Positions 30,221-45,424 of a stretch of DNA of 64,000 bases are shown piece after piece; within the stretch, counting starts at the first letter, position 1; every line of letters begins with the position of its first letter. The notes below the pieces were generated by a model that saw nothing but the letters and a program-made list of their open reading frames with translations, was not told the DNA's origin and did not search any database. Origin of the DNA: an uncultured Chloroflexia bacterium. Lineage in GTDB: Bacteria > Chloroflexota > Anaerolineae > CG2-30-64-16. Position numbers and translations under genes: made by a program. The stretch covers positions 448,001 to 512,000 of the forward strand of contig CAWEMM010000007.1 in NCBI GenBank assembly GCA_963810095.1, in the 5' to 3' direction.

Positions 30221-33200
30221 ATGCCTCGTCTTCCACCGCGTGTTGTCGATCCTCCTCCTCGTCGTTCTTGTCCTGAGCAGTGCTCTTAACGCGAGCGCGG
30301 CTCCGCAAACGCTGCCGGCGGCTCGAACCGCAGCAGTGGACCAAGCGGACAGCATCCCCGTCCGATTGGCCAATTTCGAGTTTGATCCGCTGGCAGCCGG
30401 TGGGCTGGCTGCTGTGCTCCCTGAGGGCCAGGCCGCGGCCGCGGGCGCCGCTCTGGCGGGCGGCGGCTACTACCTCGTACAGTTCGACGGACCCATTACG
30501 AGCGACAGGCTGGCCGCGCTGGAAGGCGCAGGCGCGGCAGTCTTTGACTACGTCCCCGACTTCACGTTCATCGTCCGCATGGACCCGGCGCAGCGGAGCG
30601 CGGTCGAGGGGCAGTCTGGCGTGCGCTGGATCGGCCCGTATCTCCCGGCCTTCCGGCTCAGCCGCGACATTCTCGCCTCTAGCGTCGCTGCCGAAGGGGC
30701 CGCGCTCCCGGCCACCGCCACGGGTGACGGCAAGCAGTCGATCCCCATGACCCGCACCTCGCCCGAGATCATGGTCGACCTGTTCCCCGGCGAACCCGCC
30801 GCCGGCGTCGAGGCCGCAATCGAGCGGTGGGGCGGCTCGGTTTCTGACCGCAGCACGAACGAGTGGGGCACCAAGCTCAAGGTGAGCGTGGCTGCGGATT
30901 ACCTGGCCGAACTGGCCGCGCTCCAGGGCGTGCGCTGGATCGAAGCCGCGCCGCAGTGGAAGCTCGACAACAACAAGGCCGCCGACGCCATGGGCGTGCG
31001 CAGCGTCTGGAATGCGCAAGCCTTGCGCGGGGCCGGCCAGGTGGTGGCCGTGGCCGACACCGGCCTTGACACCGGCTCAACCGCCCCGGCTCAGCTGCAC
31101 GACGACTTCGAAAATGGCGGCGGCGCCTCGCGCGTCTCTGTCATTTACGACCGGGTGGGCGATGGCGGCAGCGACGTCAACTCGGGTCACGGCACACATG
31201 TGGCCGGCTCGGTGTTGGGCAACGGCAGCCGGTCGGGGTCGACGCCGGCCTCACACACCTACCCCGCGACGTCCTACGCGGGCGTGGCCCCCGAAGCAAC
31301 CCTCGTCTTCCAGGCCGTCGAAAACAACAGTTCGGGCGCGCTCTCGGGCATCCCAGCCGACCTGAATCAGCTGTTCTCGCAAGCCGAAGGCGCGGGGGCC
31401 AAGATCCACACAAACAGCTGGGGCAGCGCCACGGCTGGCATTTACACCGACAATGCCGCCGAAGTGGACCAGTATTCCTGGAACCACAAGGACTTCACCA
31501 TCCTCTTTGCCGCGGGCAATGAGGGCGTCGACCAGAATGGCGACGGCGTGATCGACCGCTATTCGATTGGCTCGCCGGCCAGCGCCAAGAACGCGATCAC
31601 GGTCGGCGCGAGCGAAAACAACCGGCCCAGCGGCAGCTCGCCCACGCCCGGCTACAACACACCGTGGGGCACAGGCAGTTGGCTGCGAGTATATCCGGCC
31701 AACCCCGTGCGCGACGATCACGTCTCGAACAACATCAACGGCATGGCGGCCTTCAGCAGCCGCGGCCCGACGGTCGACGGCCGCATTAAGCCGGACATCG
31801 TCGCGCCGGGAACAAACATCATCTCCACCTTTTCGTCGCTCGCACAGCCGAACGAGAACTGGGGCGCGGTCAACGCTTACTACGTCTACCAGGGCGGCAC
31901 CAGCATGGCAACGCCGCTGACCGCGGGCGCGACGGCGCTCGTCCGCCAGTTCTACACCGACGTCAAGCATGTCACGCCGTCGGCCGCGCTGCTTAAGGCG
32001 ACGCTGGCCAATGGCGCCACCAACATGGCGCCGGGCCAATATGGCACGGGCGCAACGCAGGAGATCGGGAACGTGCGGCCGACCAGTGCGGCCGGCTGGG
32101 GTCGCGTCAACCTGGAGAACAGCCTGTTCCCGACGAGCCCGCGCGTCATGCAGTATGCGGACGAGAAGGCGGGCTTGACGACGGGCGGCAGCAAGACGTT
32201 CTCCTACGACGTCACCAGCTCGGCGCAGCCGCTGCGTGTGTCGCTCGCGTGGACGGACTATCCGGGCTCCGCGGCGGCCGGGGGCGGCCTGGTGGACGAC
32301 CTGGACCTGCAGGTGGTGGCCCCGGGCGGCACGACCTACTACCCGAACAACGCCAACTCCCGGGCTCCCGTGCAGCAGCTCTCGTACAACAACGGGTTCG
32401 GGACCGCAGACAATTACTGGAGCGCGGGCAAGCGGGTCGCAGTCCGCTTCACCCCGACCAGCTACCCCGCCGACCTGCAGCTGGCCCGGATGCTGATCGG
32501 CGCGAAGCTCACCTCCGACTTCCCTAAGACGTTCAACTGGTACGTGTGGAGCGGCACGGCCAGCGGACCCACGACGCAGCTGGCGACCGGCACTGCGACC
32601 ATTCGCGACTATGCCTGGCTGACGCTCGACCTGGCGTCGAAGAACATCCGCATCAACAGCGGCGACTTCTTCGTCGGGTTCCAGCTTCCCGATGCAAACA
32701 TGGTGTGGGCCACCGATGGCAGCGCCCCGGTCGACGGCCGGAGCTGGGATTTCGACGGCTCGAGCTGGGCGAATTGGACGCAAGACGACTATATGATCGA
32801 CGCCGTCATGACGGGCACGATCCCGAGCACCCCGCACGACCGGGTCAACAACCTGCAGGGCATCGACATCGCCAGCCCGGCGGTAGGCAACTACAAGATT
32901 ATCGTCAGCGGCTACAACGTGCCGCGCGGCCCGCAGCCGTATGCCCTTGTGGTGTCGGGTGCGATCAAGGCGCCCCCGCCGCCCGTCCTGGGTTACAAGC
33001 GCTTCCTGCCACTCGTCCAATACCAACTGCCGCCTTTGCCCGATGCGCCGGCGCTGAACCCGATCGACAATGCGGGCAACGACGGCAATTACACGGTGAC
33101 GTGGAATGTGGCGCGGTTCGCGACGGGTTACACGCTTGAAGAGGGCACGGACCCGTCCTTCTCGGCGCCGTCCACGGTCTACGATGGGCCGAATCTCAAC

Positions 33201-33971
33201 TGGACGACGACCGGCCACACGCCGGGCACCTTCTTCTACCGGGTGCGGGCCAAGAACACCGCCGGGAATGGCGGCTGGAGCAACACGCAATCGGTGACTG
33301 TCGCCAACCTCAATCTGCCGACCCGCCTTAACTCGGCGGCCGACGCGACCGTGCTGTCGAGCGCCGGGGGGACGAATTACGGCGCCTTTTCCGACATGCT
33401 GGCCGGGTACAACGACTGCATCACCTCGCCCCCGCCCGGCGTGTTCCGCTCGCTTGTCAAATTCGATCTCAGTGCAATTCCGGCCAATACGCCGATCACC
33501 TCGGCGCGATTGTCGGTGTACCTGATCGAAAGCTGCGACTTTCCAGACAGAACCCGCACTGTGACGCCCTATCGGGCCGGCGCTTCCTGGTCTGAAACGG
33601 GGGTCACGTGGAGCAGCCAGCCCCCGATTGGGGAGTCGTACGGCAGTGTGGACGTGCCGAGCCGCATCTGGCAGCGATACTCGATGGACGTGACGGGGCT
33701 CGTGCGCGGGTGGATCAACGGGTCATTCCCGAACAACGGCCTGGTGCTGCGCTCGGTGGAAACCGTCAGCAGCGACAGCGGTTCGGTCGGCTTTGGCACC
33801 CGCGAGGGCAGCGCAACCTACATCCCGTACCTCGACATCACCTATCCGGGCGGCAGCCCTGCGGTGACGGCGGAACAGCCGGTGGCCCCGGCAAGCTGCG
33901 GCAACACGGTGTTCGAACTGTTCGCTAAGTCGGATACGGCTAAGTCGTCCCGGGGGTGCGTGACGCCGTAA
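30221..33971 (+). CDS. Large secreted S8 protease (KP-43-like) with Fn3 and C-terminal DNRLRE-like domain
   Basis: VADTG, HGTHVAG, AAGN and GTSMATP motifs. The probable ATG at 30221 is one frameshift away from the long ORF 30111..33971. Confidence 0.88.
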
Positions 33972-33999
33972 ACGCCGGACGGTTCCTGCGTTCCCTGTG

Positions 34000-34034
34000 A
34001 GTGGCAGGTGCGGGCGAAGCCCGCACCTGCCACT
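34000..34034 (+). terminator. Hairpin after the S8 protease gene
   Basis: agtggcaggtgcgggc-gaa-gcccgcacctgccact perfect stem. Confidence 0.65.
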
Positions 34035-34116
34035 CCTTAATTTGGGATAAAGTTTGGGAAACGAGTTGCGAAATTATGTGCTAGGATAGACCGGCGAGAC
34101 CATTCCTGGGGAGACC

Positions 34117-34361
34117 ATGATGCCTGAGGCTGACAAGCCGCTCACGTTGGATGACCTGCCGCCCAAGATACGCCAGGACTTTCTGGACCAGTGTGCCAGG
34201 CTGCCCCCGAGTTCAAATACGGGAACCTGCGCGAGACGAAGTACGGTTGGGCGCTCTCGATCTACGACGCGAGCGGGAACTATGGCGGCGAGATTGGCAT
34301 CCTGCGCGACCAGCCAGAGAACCCTAACCCCCCCTGGCTCCACCGCAGCAGCCCACTTTAG
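34117..34361 (+). CDS. Small hypothetical protein (probable frameshift in a C-run near 34208)
   Basis: GGGGAG RBS; MMPEADKPLTLDDLP... can continue as EFKYGNLRETKYGWALSIYD... to TAG 34361. Confidence 0.35.
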
Positions 34362-34495
34362 GCACAGTCAGGGCACGGTCGCAGGCCGGCCCTCGCATTC
34401 GGATGTTGCGATGCCCCTCAACTCGAAGCAACCTGCACAAACTCCGTGCGTAGTAGTCCGCAAGAACACAGTTCAGGGAGAGGAGAGGGCGAGAG

Positions 34496-35101
34496 ATGAG
34501 CCACGGGATTTTGGTGGCCTACGCCAGCAACGCCGGCTCGACGTCGGAAGTGGCGAAGGTGATCGGTGAAGAACTGGGTCATGCGGGCGCCGCCGTCGAG
34601 GTGCGGCCTATCAGCGAGCTGAGCGCCGCGGACGTGAGCAAATACGCGGCCGTGGTCGTGGGTGCGCCGATGATCCTCGGCTGGCACCGGGACGCCGAGC
34701 GCTTCCTGAAGAAGAACCGGAACGCGCTGGCACAGGTGCCCACCGCTATTTTTGCCACTGCGGCCACGCTGACCAAGACCGACGAGCCCAAGCGCGGGAG
34801 CGCGCCGATCTACGTGGACCCCAAGCTGCCCAAGCCGCCGCATAACCCCGGTCGCCTGGGGCTCAAGGAACGTTACGCACGGCTCAACAACTACGTCGGG
34901 CCGATCCTGAAGAGCGCAGGGCCGGTGCGGCCCGTCAGCATCGCCTTCTTCGGCGGCAAGATCGACTTCGGCCGTCTGAAGTTCCTGCAGATGCTCTTCG
35001 TGATGCTGATCGTGGGGGCACAGCCGGGCGACTACCGCAACTGGGAGGCCATCCGCGGCTGGGCTCGTGACGTGCGCCCAAAGCTGATGGGGCAGGAATA
35101 G
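34496..35101 (+). CDS. Flavodoxin-domain protein (HemG-like)
   Basis: ILVAYASNAGSTSEVA, VVVGAP, FFGGKID, GDYRNWEAIRGWA. Confidence 0.85.
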   Translation: MSHGILVAYASNAGSTSEVAKVIGEELGHAGAAVEVRPISELSAADVSKYAAVVVGAPMILGWHRDAERFLKKNRNALAQVPTAIFATAATLTKTDEPKRGSAPIYVDPKLPKPPHNPGRLGLKERYARLNNYVGPILKSAGPVRPVSIAFFGGKIDFGRLKFLQMLFVMLIVGAQPGDYRNWEAIRGWARDVRPKLMGQE

Positions 35102-35115
35102 CGCACAGGCAGGTC

Positions 35116-35156
35116 AAAAAAGCCCCCGGCTTCTCGAAGAAGCCGGGGGCTTTTTT
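35116..35156. terminator. Bidirectional intrinsic terminator
   Basis: AAAAAAGCCCCCGGCTTCT-CGA-AGAAGCCGGGGGCTTTTTT between convergent genes. Confidence 0.85.
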
Positions 35157-35158
35157 GT

Positions 35159-35632
35159 TTACTTGGGGCACTGGCCGATCATGCGTGCGACGAAGCCATG
35201 CATCTTATGGAAGAACGGCGACTGGGGTAGGAACATGTAGGGGCAGTAGCCCGGGACGACAGAGATGCCGTGCTCCTGGCAGTACGCAATCGCGGCCGCG
35301 TTCTCGTTCGAGCGGTCGCTGACCCCGTAGAACCAGACGTGCTTCACACCGGCCTCGGCGCAGTCGTGCACGATCTGCTCGTTAAGGCCCGGCGCGGTGA
35401 GCAGCAGCGCCGCATCGACGCCCGGCTCGATCTCCTTCACGGTGGCATACGCCCGCACGCCGCCGATCTCGGTCGCGTTCGGGGTGACCGGCACCGCGTC
35501 ATACCCCCACTGCCGGATATCCGTGAACAATCGCTGGCCGAATTCTTTGGGATCGCGCGACACGCCGACGACGGCCAAACGGGGCGCGGCCCAAAATGCG
35601 TCAATTTCCTGGCGAACTGGTGAAGTGCTCAT
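35159..35632 (-). CDS. CoA-binding domain protein
   Basis: LAVVGVSR, PVTP, GVKHVW and GYCPYMFL motifs. Confidence 0.85.
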   Translation of the reverse strand: MSTSPVRQEIDAFWAAPRLAVVGVSRDPKEFGQRLFTDIRQWGYDAVPVTPNATEIGGVRAYATVKEIEPGVDAALLLTAPGLNEQIVHDCAEAGVKHVWFYGVSDRSNENAAAIAYCQEHGISVVPGYCPYMFLPQSPFFHKMHGFVARMIGQCPK

Positions 35633-35716
35633 TGGGTTCTTCCTCCTGCTTAACCTCTACGCAGGACGGGCCCGCGTGTTGCATCCGATGCGCGCGCGGG
35701 TGGTCTCCTCGCGGCG

Positions 35717-37027
35717 TCATGGCGCCGGGATCGGGGATGTCATCAGGCTCCCGAACGTGTTTGACGTGTAGAACGGCTGGCGGATGCCGGCGGACCACGC
35801 CTTCGCCGACTCAGCCGTCTCAAAGCGCCAGTCGTACGCGCCGTCCTGGAAATGATAGTAAACCTGCGCCCGCACCTGCGGATAGCGCGCGGGCAGCTGG
35901 ACCGTCAGCGCATCGGTGAACCAGTCAGCCCGCCGGCCCGCACCGTCGACCGAGCCCCATTCGCCGATCATCAGGGGCTTGGTGTGGCCGGCGTCGATGA
36001 CCTGCGACGTGACGATCTTGTCGTAGGCGTAGCCGAAAACCTGGTCGAAGGTCAGCCACGGCTCATTGCGGTTGTACCCGTCGAGACAGGTCCAATCCAC
36101 GTAGTCGTCGCCGGGCCACAGCGACTCGAAGCTCGGCCACGTCGAGCCCTGGTAATCCACGTTCGGGCACCAGATAAAGGTCGCATTCGTCGCGTTGATC
36201 TCGGGCCGGCGGAAGATATCCACGATGTGGCGCCAGGCCTTGACGAAATCGCCCGACTTGTTGCCGTTCTGCGACTCCTGCCAGGGATAGCTCCAGTTGC
36301 CGTTCATCTCGTGCATCAGCCGCAGAAAGACGGGCGCGCCGCCCTGCCACGCCTTCAGGCCCTGCGCAAAGCGGATGATGTAGTCGTCGTGCAGGCCGTT
36401 GTAGATCTCGCTGAGCTGCCATTTGAAGTTGCCCTTCTCGGGCGTCCACGAAATCATCGGAATCGAGCCGTGGGCACGGATGTTGTCGAGCGGCGCCACA
36501 GACCAGGCAAACTCGCGGTAGCCGGTGCTCGAGCCCGTGTCGCCCCAGAAGTGGCCGTAGTTCACGATGCTGGCGTGCTTCTTAAGGCCGGGGTCGACCT
36601 CCGGATAGAGCGCAACGTTGGCCTCCCAGTTGTCGAGGATCGACATGTCCCAGGGGACGCCGGACAGGTTAACGCCCCAATAGATCGACGGCGCCGAGCC
36701 CGGAGGAGGCGTGCCGGTCGGGGTGGGCGACGGGCCCTCGGTGGGTGTATCGGACGGCACGGGGGTATTCGTCGGCGTCGCAGTATCCGCCGGCGTCGGA
36801 GTCAGCGTGGGCGTGCGGGTGGGAGCCGGCGTGCGGGTCGGCGCGGCGGTTTTGGTGGGTTTCGGCGTGTTCGGGCCGGGCTTGGCGCCCTGAGCGCCGG
36901 ACCCAGCCGAAGCTTCAATCACGGCGGCCTGGACAGCGCTGCCGTGTGGGAGGAGCGGACCGAGCGCGGGCCATCCCAGCAGGGACAGCGCGAGCAGGGT
37001 GAGCAGGAGGCGGGTCTTCGCCTTCAT
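35717..37027 (-). CDS. Secreted glycoside hydrolase family 26 with Pro/Thr linker
   Basis: Signal peptide from ATG 37027, PTxTP linker, RLMHEMNGNW, WPGDDYVDW and KPLMIGEWG. Confidence 0.88.
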   Translation of the reverse strand: MKAKTRLLLTLLALSLLGWPALGPLLPHGSAVQAAVIEASAGSGAQGAKPGPNTPKPTKTAAPTRTPAPTRTPTLTPTPADTATPTNTPVPSDTPTEGPSPTPTGTPPPGSAPSIYWGVNLSGVPWDMSILDNWEANVALYPEVDPGLKKHASIVNYGHFWGDTGSSTGYREFAWSVAPLDNIRAHGSIPMISWTPEKGNFKWQLSEIYNGLHDDYIIRFAQGLKAWQGGAPVFLRLMHEMNGNWSYPWQESQNGNKSGDFVKAWRHIVDIFRRPEINATNATFIWCPNVDYQGSTWPSFESLWPGDDYVDWTCLDGYNRNEPWLTFDQVFGYAYDKIVTSQVIDAGHTKPLMIGEWGSVDGAGRRADWFTDALTVQLPARYPQVRAQVYYHFQDGAYDWRFETAESAKAWSAGIRQPFYTSNTFGSLMTSPIPAP

Positions 37028-37493
37028 GGGGGAGGGACCTCCGGCGCGCCGTGTGGGCGGCGCGCGAGAAACCGGGGCTCTCCCAAGGAGCTGACGCAAT
37101 CGGTGAAGGGTGCGCGATGAGTAGGGAGCGCCGTGTCGGCAACCGCCCCGCGATGCGAGACTGGTTACCGTCGACTGCAGATCGCAGGTCGCAGCACCAT
37201 GTCTGTGTGGGAGGACGGCTCGGCGCGAACGGTGGCGGGCAACCCGACCGGGCGTGTGCGCCCGAGCAACTCACAGATCGATGGGCGTAGGCAGGTCGTG
37301 CCTGCGTGCGGCAAACTGCGAAGGACCAGTATTCTCTTGAGTTCTAAGGTTTGCAGGAGCTCGGCCGGAATGAGGGTGCGAGCTTAGGTAAATCTGATCC
37401 TACTGTAGCACCGATGGACCACATTTGCAAATGTTGTGCGCCAGGTTGTTTGCATAATTCGCGGAGCGAGTCAAGCGCGTATCCGGCGTGCGG

Positions 37494-37530
37494 CGGGGTC
37501 GAGCGGAAGCAACGCTTCCGCTCGACCCCG
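37494..37530. terminator. Hairpin downstream of the amylopullulanase gene
   Basis: cggggtcgagcggaagc-aac-gcttccgctcgaccccg. Confidence 0.65.
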
Positions 37531-37545
37531 GAGCGTCTCAAGCGG

Positions 37546-41788
<4,243 letters not shown>

Positions 41789-41927
41789 ACATTACTCCTC
41801 GTTAAGTAACATCGGTGGCAGGCGGTCATTGGGGTATGTGCTGGAACAGTTATATCTCACAAATGTGCAGGAAGCAAGGGCGCACGCGTAAGTGCAAACA
41901 CAGTTAGCCTGTTGAGCATGACGCTCG

Positions 41928-42040
41928 GCACCCTTCGACTGCGGGCGCTCCTCCGGACCGCCCTCCGCTCAGGCTGCCTCACGGGCAGGCATCCTGAGCG
42001 GAGGCACCAGCGCAGCTGGCGTGCCGCAGTCGAAGGATGC
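41928..42040. repeat. Palindromic element, family D (CCTTCGACT..CGCTCAGG / CCTGAGCG..AGTCGAAGG)
   Basis: Two inverted nested hairpin modules; same family as the copies at 46610 and 51595. Confidence 0.8.
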
Positions 42041-42163
42041 GAGCCGACAGAATGAGTGTGCTTGTACTCAGGCGCTGCCCCTTTGGCGTACGCCTTGACG
42101 CCGGCGGCGCCATGGGGGAGAATGCCCCATCACACGAGCCGTAGCCCAGTGGGAGGATTGCCC

Positions 42164-42781
42164 ATGAGTCAGACAGTCTCGCCGTTTGAGGGCGCGGGGC
42201 GGGAGTTCAGCGGCGAGGACTTCAAGAACCTCGACCTGGCCCGGGCGCGGCTGGCAGGGCACACGTTCGAGTCGTGCACCTTCACCAGGTGCACGGTGCG
42301 CGAAGCCGTGTTCGACAAGTGCCGGTTCGCGGGCTGTACGTTCCGCAAGTGCGACCTCGCGCTGGTGCACGTGGAGGGCTGCACGTTTGCCGATACGACG
42401 TTCGAGGATTGCCAGCTGGCCGGGGTGAACTGGAGCGAGATGGCCGCGGCAAAGAGTCTGCTGCGCCCGCCCTTCTATTTTGTGGGCTGCGCGCTCAGTC
42501 ACTCGCTCTTCATGGGGCTGAAGCTGAAGGGGATCAAGCTGGCGAAGTGCGTCGCGCGGGACGTCGATTTCTCCGACTGCGACCTGACGCGGGCCAACCT
42601 GAGCGGGACCGACTTCGACGGCAGCCGCTTCTCGCACACCAACCTGACCGAAGCCGACTTCACCGGCGCGACGAACTACGCCATTTCCGCCACGCTGAAC
42701 ACGCTCAAGAAGACCAAGTTCTCGCTGCCCGAGGCGATCTCGCTCCTGCACAACCTCGACATCATCCTGGAAGACGAGTAA
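42164..42781 (+). CDS. Pentapeptide repeat protein
   Basis: Continuous (C/A)xFxx pentapeptides. ATG at 42164 follows GGAGG. Confidence 0.9.
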   Translation: MSQTVSPFEGAGREFSGEDFKNLDLARARLAGHTFESCTFTRCTVREAVFDKCRFAGCTFRKCDLALVHVEGCTFADTTFEDCQLAGVNWSEMAAAKSLLRPPFYFVGCALSHSLFMGLKLKGIKLAKCVARDVDFSDCDLTRANLSGTDFDGSRFSHTNLTEADFTGATNYAISATLNTLKKTKFSLPEAISLLHNLDIILEDE

Positions 42782-42982
42782 GGCCCGAGAGCGCCGAGCC
42801 CCAGTTCGGCACAAGCGTGGGCTGCTACCCCGGCATCCCAGGACCAGCACAGCGAGCCAATCAGCCCATCAAGACGTATGCTGCTGTGCAACTCCTTGGA
42901 TGCGCCTTACAGAACACCTTGACGAATGACAGTACGATATCAACAGCACTGAGTGAGTCGGGACGAGTGGAGGAGTTGAGGA

Positions 42983-43726
42983 ATGGCAGAAGCACTGATC
43001 GCCCTTGTGACGTTGACGGTTCTCGAGATTGTGTTGGGGATTGACAACATCGTTTTTATTTCGATTATGGCAGGTAAGCTGCCCGCAGCCCAGCAGCCAA
43101 AGGCGCGGCGATTGGGCCTGGCGATGGCGCTGATCACGCGCGTTCTACTCTTGCTGTCGCTGGCCTGGGTGGTCCGCCTGACGGACCCGCTCTTTGCGGT
43201 GCTCGGTTTTGAGATATCGGGGCGAGACTTGATCCTCATCGTCGGCGGTCTCTTCTTGCTGGCAAAGAGCACGCACGAGATTCACCAGCGGCTGGAAGGC
43301 GGCGAAAGCGAGCATAAGGTGGCAGACAAGGCTGTCACGCTCTCGAGCGTGGTCATCCAGATTGGACTGCTCGACATCATCTTCTCGCTCGACTCGGTGA
43401 TTACCGCGGTCGGCATGGCCCAGCAGGTTTGGGTAATGATTACGGCGGTCGTCATTGCGATCGGCGTGATGATGCTCGCGGCCGGCAGAATCAGCGCGTT
43501 CGTCGACTCGCACCCGACGGTGAAGATGCTGGCGCTGAGCTTTCTGCTGTTGATCGGCTTTTCGCTGGTTGCCGAGGGGCTGGAGGCTCACATCCCGAAG
43601 GGCTACATCTACTTCGCGATGGCTTTCTCGGTTTTTGTCGAAATGCTCAACCTGCGGGCCAAGAACCGCAAACCGGTGCAGTTGCACCAGCCCTACGTCG
43701 CGAGAGCGGAGAAGGAAGCGGCCTGA
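42983..43726 (+). CDS. TerC family membrane protein
   Basis: LEIVLGIDNIVFI, LDIIFSLDSVITAVG and KGYIYFAMAFS. Confidence 0.92.
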   Translation: MAEALIALVTLTVLEIVLGIDNIVFISIMAGKLPAAQQPKARRLGLAMALITRVLLLLSLAWVVRLTDPLFAVLGFEISGRDLILIVGGLFLLAKSTHEIHQRLEGGESEHKVADKAVTLSSVVIQIGLLDIIFSLDSVITAVGMAQQVWVMITAVVIAIGVMMLAAGRISAFVDSHPTVKMLALSFLLLIGFSLVAEGLEAHIPKGYIYFAMAFSVFVEMLNLRAKNRKPVQLHQPYVARAEKEAA

Positions 43727-43727
43727 C

Positions 43728-43762
43728 CCCGGGAACGCCAAGCCCCAGCTCGGCGTTCCCGG
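43728..43762. repeat. REP-like palindrome (GCC(G/A)AGCCCCAG(C/T)TCGGC core)
   Basis: ccgggaacgccaagccccagctcggcgttcccgg; a related core lies at ~42789-42811. Confidence 0.55.
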
Positions 43763-43779
43763 AGTGACGGCGCCCGCCG

Positions 43780-44241
43780 TTACTCTGCCGCCATCCAGCG
43801 CCGCTCGTCGAACACCAGCCCGCTCCCCAGCAGCTGCTGGCGGATCGTCTCGGGGCTGACGTCGCCCACGATGCCGCGTTCGATCAGCTGCACCCGCAGC
43901 CGCTTGAGCGACCAGGCGTCGTATTCGAGGCCCAGCGAGCGCGGCTCGGTGGTCGCCAGCCCCACGATGGCCTCGCGCTGCTGCTTGCTGAACAGCTTGG
44001 GCCGGCCCGGCGAGCGCCGGGGCTGCAGCCCCTTGAGCCCGGCCTGGTCGAACCGGTGAATCCACTTCCGCACGTTGATCGGGTGCAGGTCGACCGCCGT
44101 GCCGATCTGGTGCACGCCCGTGCGCTGGGCCGACAGCAGGACGACCCGCGCCCGCCGTGCCAACTCCTCGTCCGAGCTGCGGGCGAGTTCTTCCAACTTA
44201 GTCTTTTCATCCGCCTTGAGCGGCCGAACATACAGTGCCAT
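43780..44241 (-). CDS. IS630-type helix-turn-helix protein lacking a DDE domain
   Basis: RARVVLLSA, VRKWIHRF..GL.GL..SPGRP, WSLKRL and SPETIRQ match the IS630 N-terminus; the ORF stops at 153 aa. AGGAG RBS. Confidence 0.75.
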   Translation of the reverse strand: MALYVRPLKADEKTKLEELARSSDEELARRARVVLLSAQRTGVHQIGTAVDLHPINVRKWIHRFDQAGLKGLQPRRSPGRPKLFSKQQREAIVGLATTEPRSLGLEYDAWSLKRLRVQLIERGIVGDVSPETIRQQLLGSGLVFDERRWMAAE

Positions 44242-44524
44242 GTCACGTCTCCTGACAGTCAGCTTCGTTTTTGCTGGACCAACCCGGCGCTACTTACTGC
44301 GTGCTGCGCCAGTACACCTATCAAGACGTCGCGGCGCGACCAAAAGATACGGTATTATTCGTGAATTTCACACGAATTACGAAAATAGCTTATTTTTAAT
44401 GTCGGGTTTGCGCGTTCGGCCCTGCCGCCAGGTGTGTGGGACGGCCGGTGGGCGGGCCGGTTGGCGACCCAGCGGGCGTGTGCTAACATCGCGAGTCACC
44501 AATCCAACAGCGAGGTGCCGAACC

Positions 44525-45289
44525 TTGGATCACGATATTCTTGCGTTTCCCAAAGACCGGGCCGTCATTGTCGACGCGGGCCGGCTGGCCAGCCGGCGGC
44601 ACGTGGTGCATGGCTTGCTGGAAGTGGACGTGACCGCCGCCCGGGAACGGCTCCGTGCGGCCAAGGCGCGGGGTGAGGACCTGTCGTTTACCGCGTTTCT
44701 CGTGGCGTGTTTCGCGCATGCCATCGGCGCTAACCCGCGGGTGCAGGCAGTTCGCGACTGGCGGGGCCGGCTATGGCAGTTCCACGATGTGGACGTGTCG
44801 ATCCCGGTCGAGGCGGTGGCGGGGAGCGCGGCCATCCCACACATCGTGCGGGCGGCGAACCGCAAGACCCCCGCGGAGATCAGCGCGGAAATCCGGGCGG
44901 TGCAAGCCAGGCCGGAGAGCAGCGCACAGAAGGGCGGGCTCGTGGCAGTGGGTGCACACGCGCCCCGTGTGGCGCGCGACCTCTTCTACTGGGCCATCCG
45001 CCAGAACCCCGCCTGGCTGAAGCAGACCGCGGGCACGACGATCGTGACGTCGGTGGGCATGTTCGGGCAGGGCGGGGGCTGGGGATTGGGCTTCCTGCCC
45101 ATGCACACGCTCGGCCTGACCGTGGGCGGCATCAGCCAGAAGCCCCGGGTGGTGGCGGGCCAGGTCGTCGTGCGTGAGGTGCTCAACCTCACGCTGAGCC
45201 TGGATCACGACGTGGTCGACGGCGCGCCCGGCGCTCGGCTGGCCCGCAGCCTGGTCGAGAATATCGAGAGCGCCGCGCTGCTGGAGTAG
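44525..45289 (+). CDS. Stand-alone 2-oxo-acid dehydrogenase E2-type acyltransferase catalytic domain
   Basis: EVDVT, SFTAF, TSVGMFG and LSLDHDVVDGAP. TTG start follows GAGGTG; no lipoyl domain. Confidence 0.8.
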   Translation: MDHDILAFPKDRAVIVDAGRLASRRHVVHGLLEVDVTAARERLRAAKARGEDLSFTAFLVACFAHAIGANPRVQAVRDWRGRLWQFHDVDVSIPVEAVAGSAAIPHIVRAANRKTPAEISAEIRAVQARPESSAQKGGLVAVGAHAPRVARDLFYWAIRQNPAWLKQTAGTTIVTSVGMFGQGGGWGLGFLPMHTLGLTVGGISQKPRVVAGQVVVREVLNLTLSLDHDVVDGAPGARLARSLVENIESAALLE

Positions 45290-45424
45290 GCGCGCGGCAG
45301 GCGGGTGGGGCCCGTCAGGCGCCCTTGCGGGTTGTCGCACAATCCAGGATGCGCTAGAATCCTTCCGGCGCAGGAATCGGTTCGACTGTTCCAGCGCCGC
45401 ATGTCGTTTACGCAGAGAGGCCCC

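Noticed and set aside
43780-44241. Active IS630 insertion sequence
   Set aside because: No DDE domain, second ORF or terminal inverted repeats.
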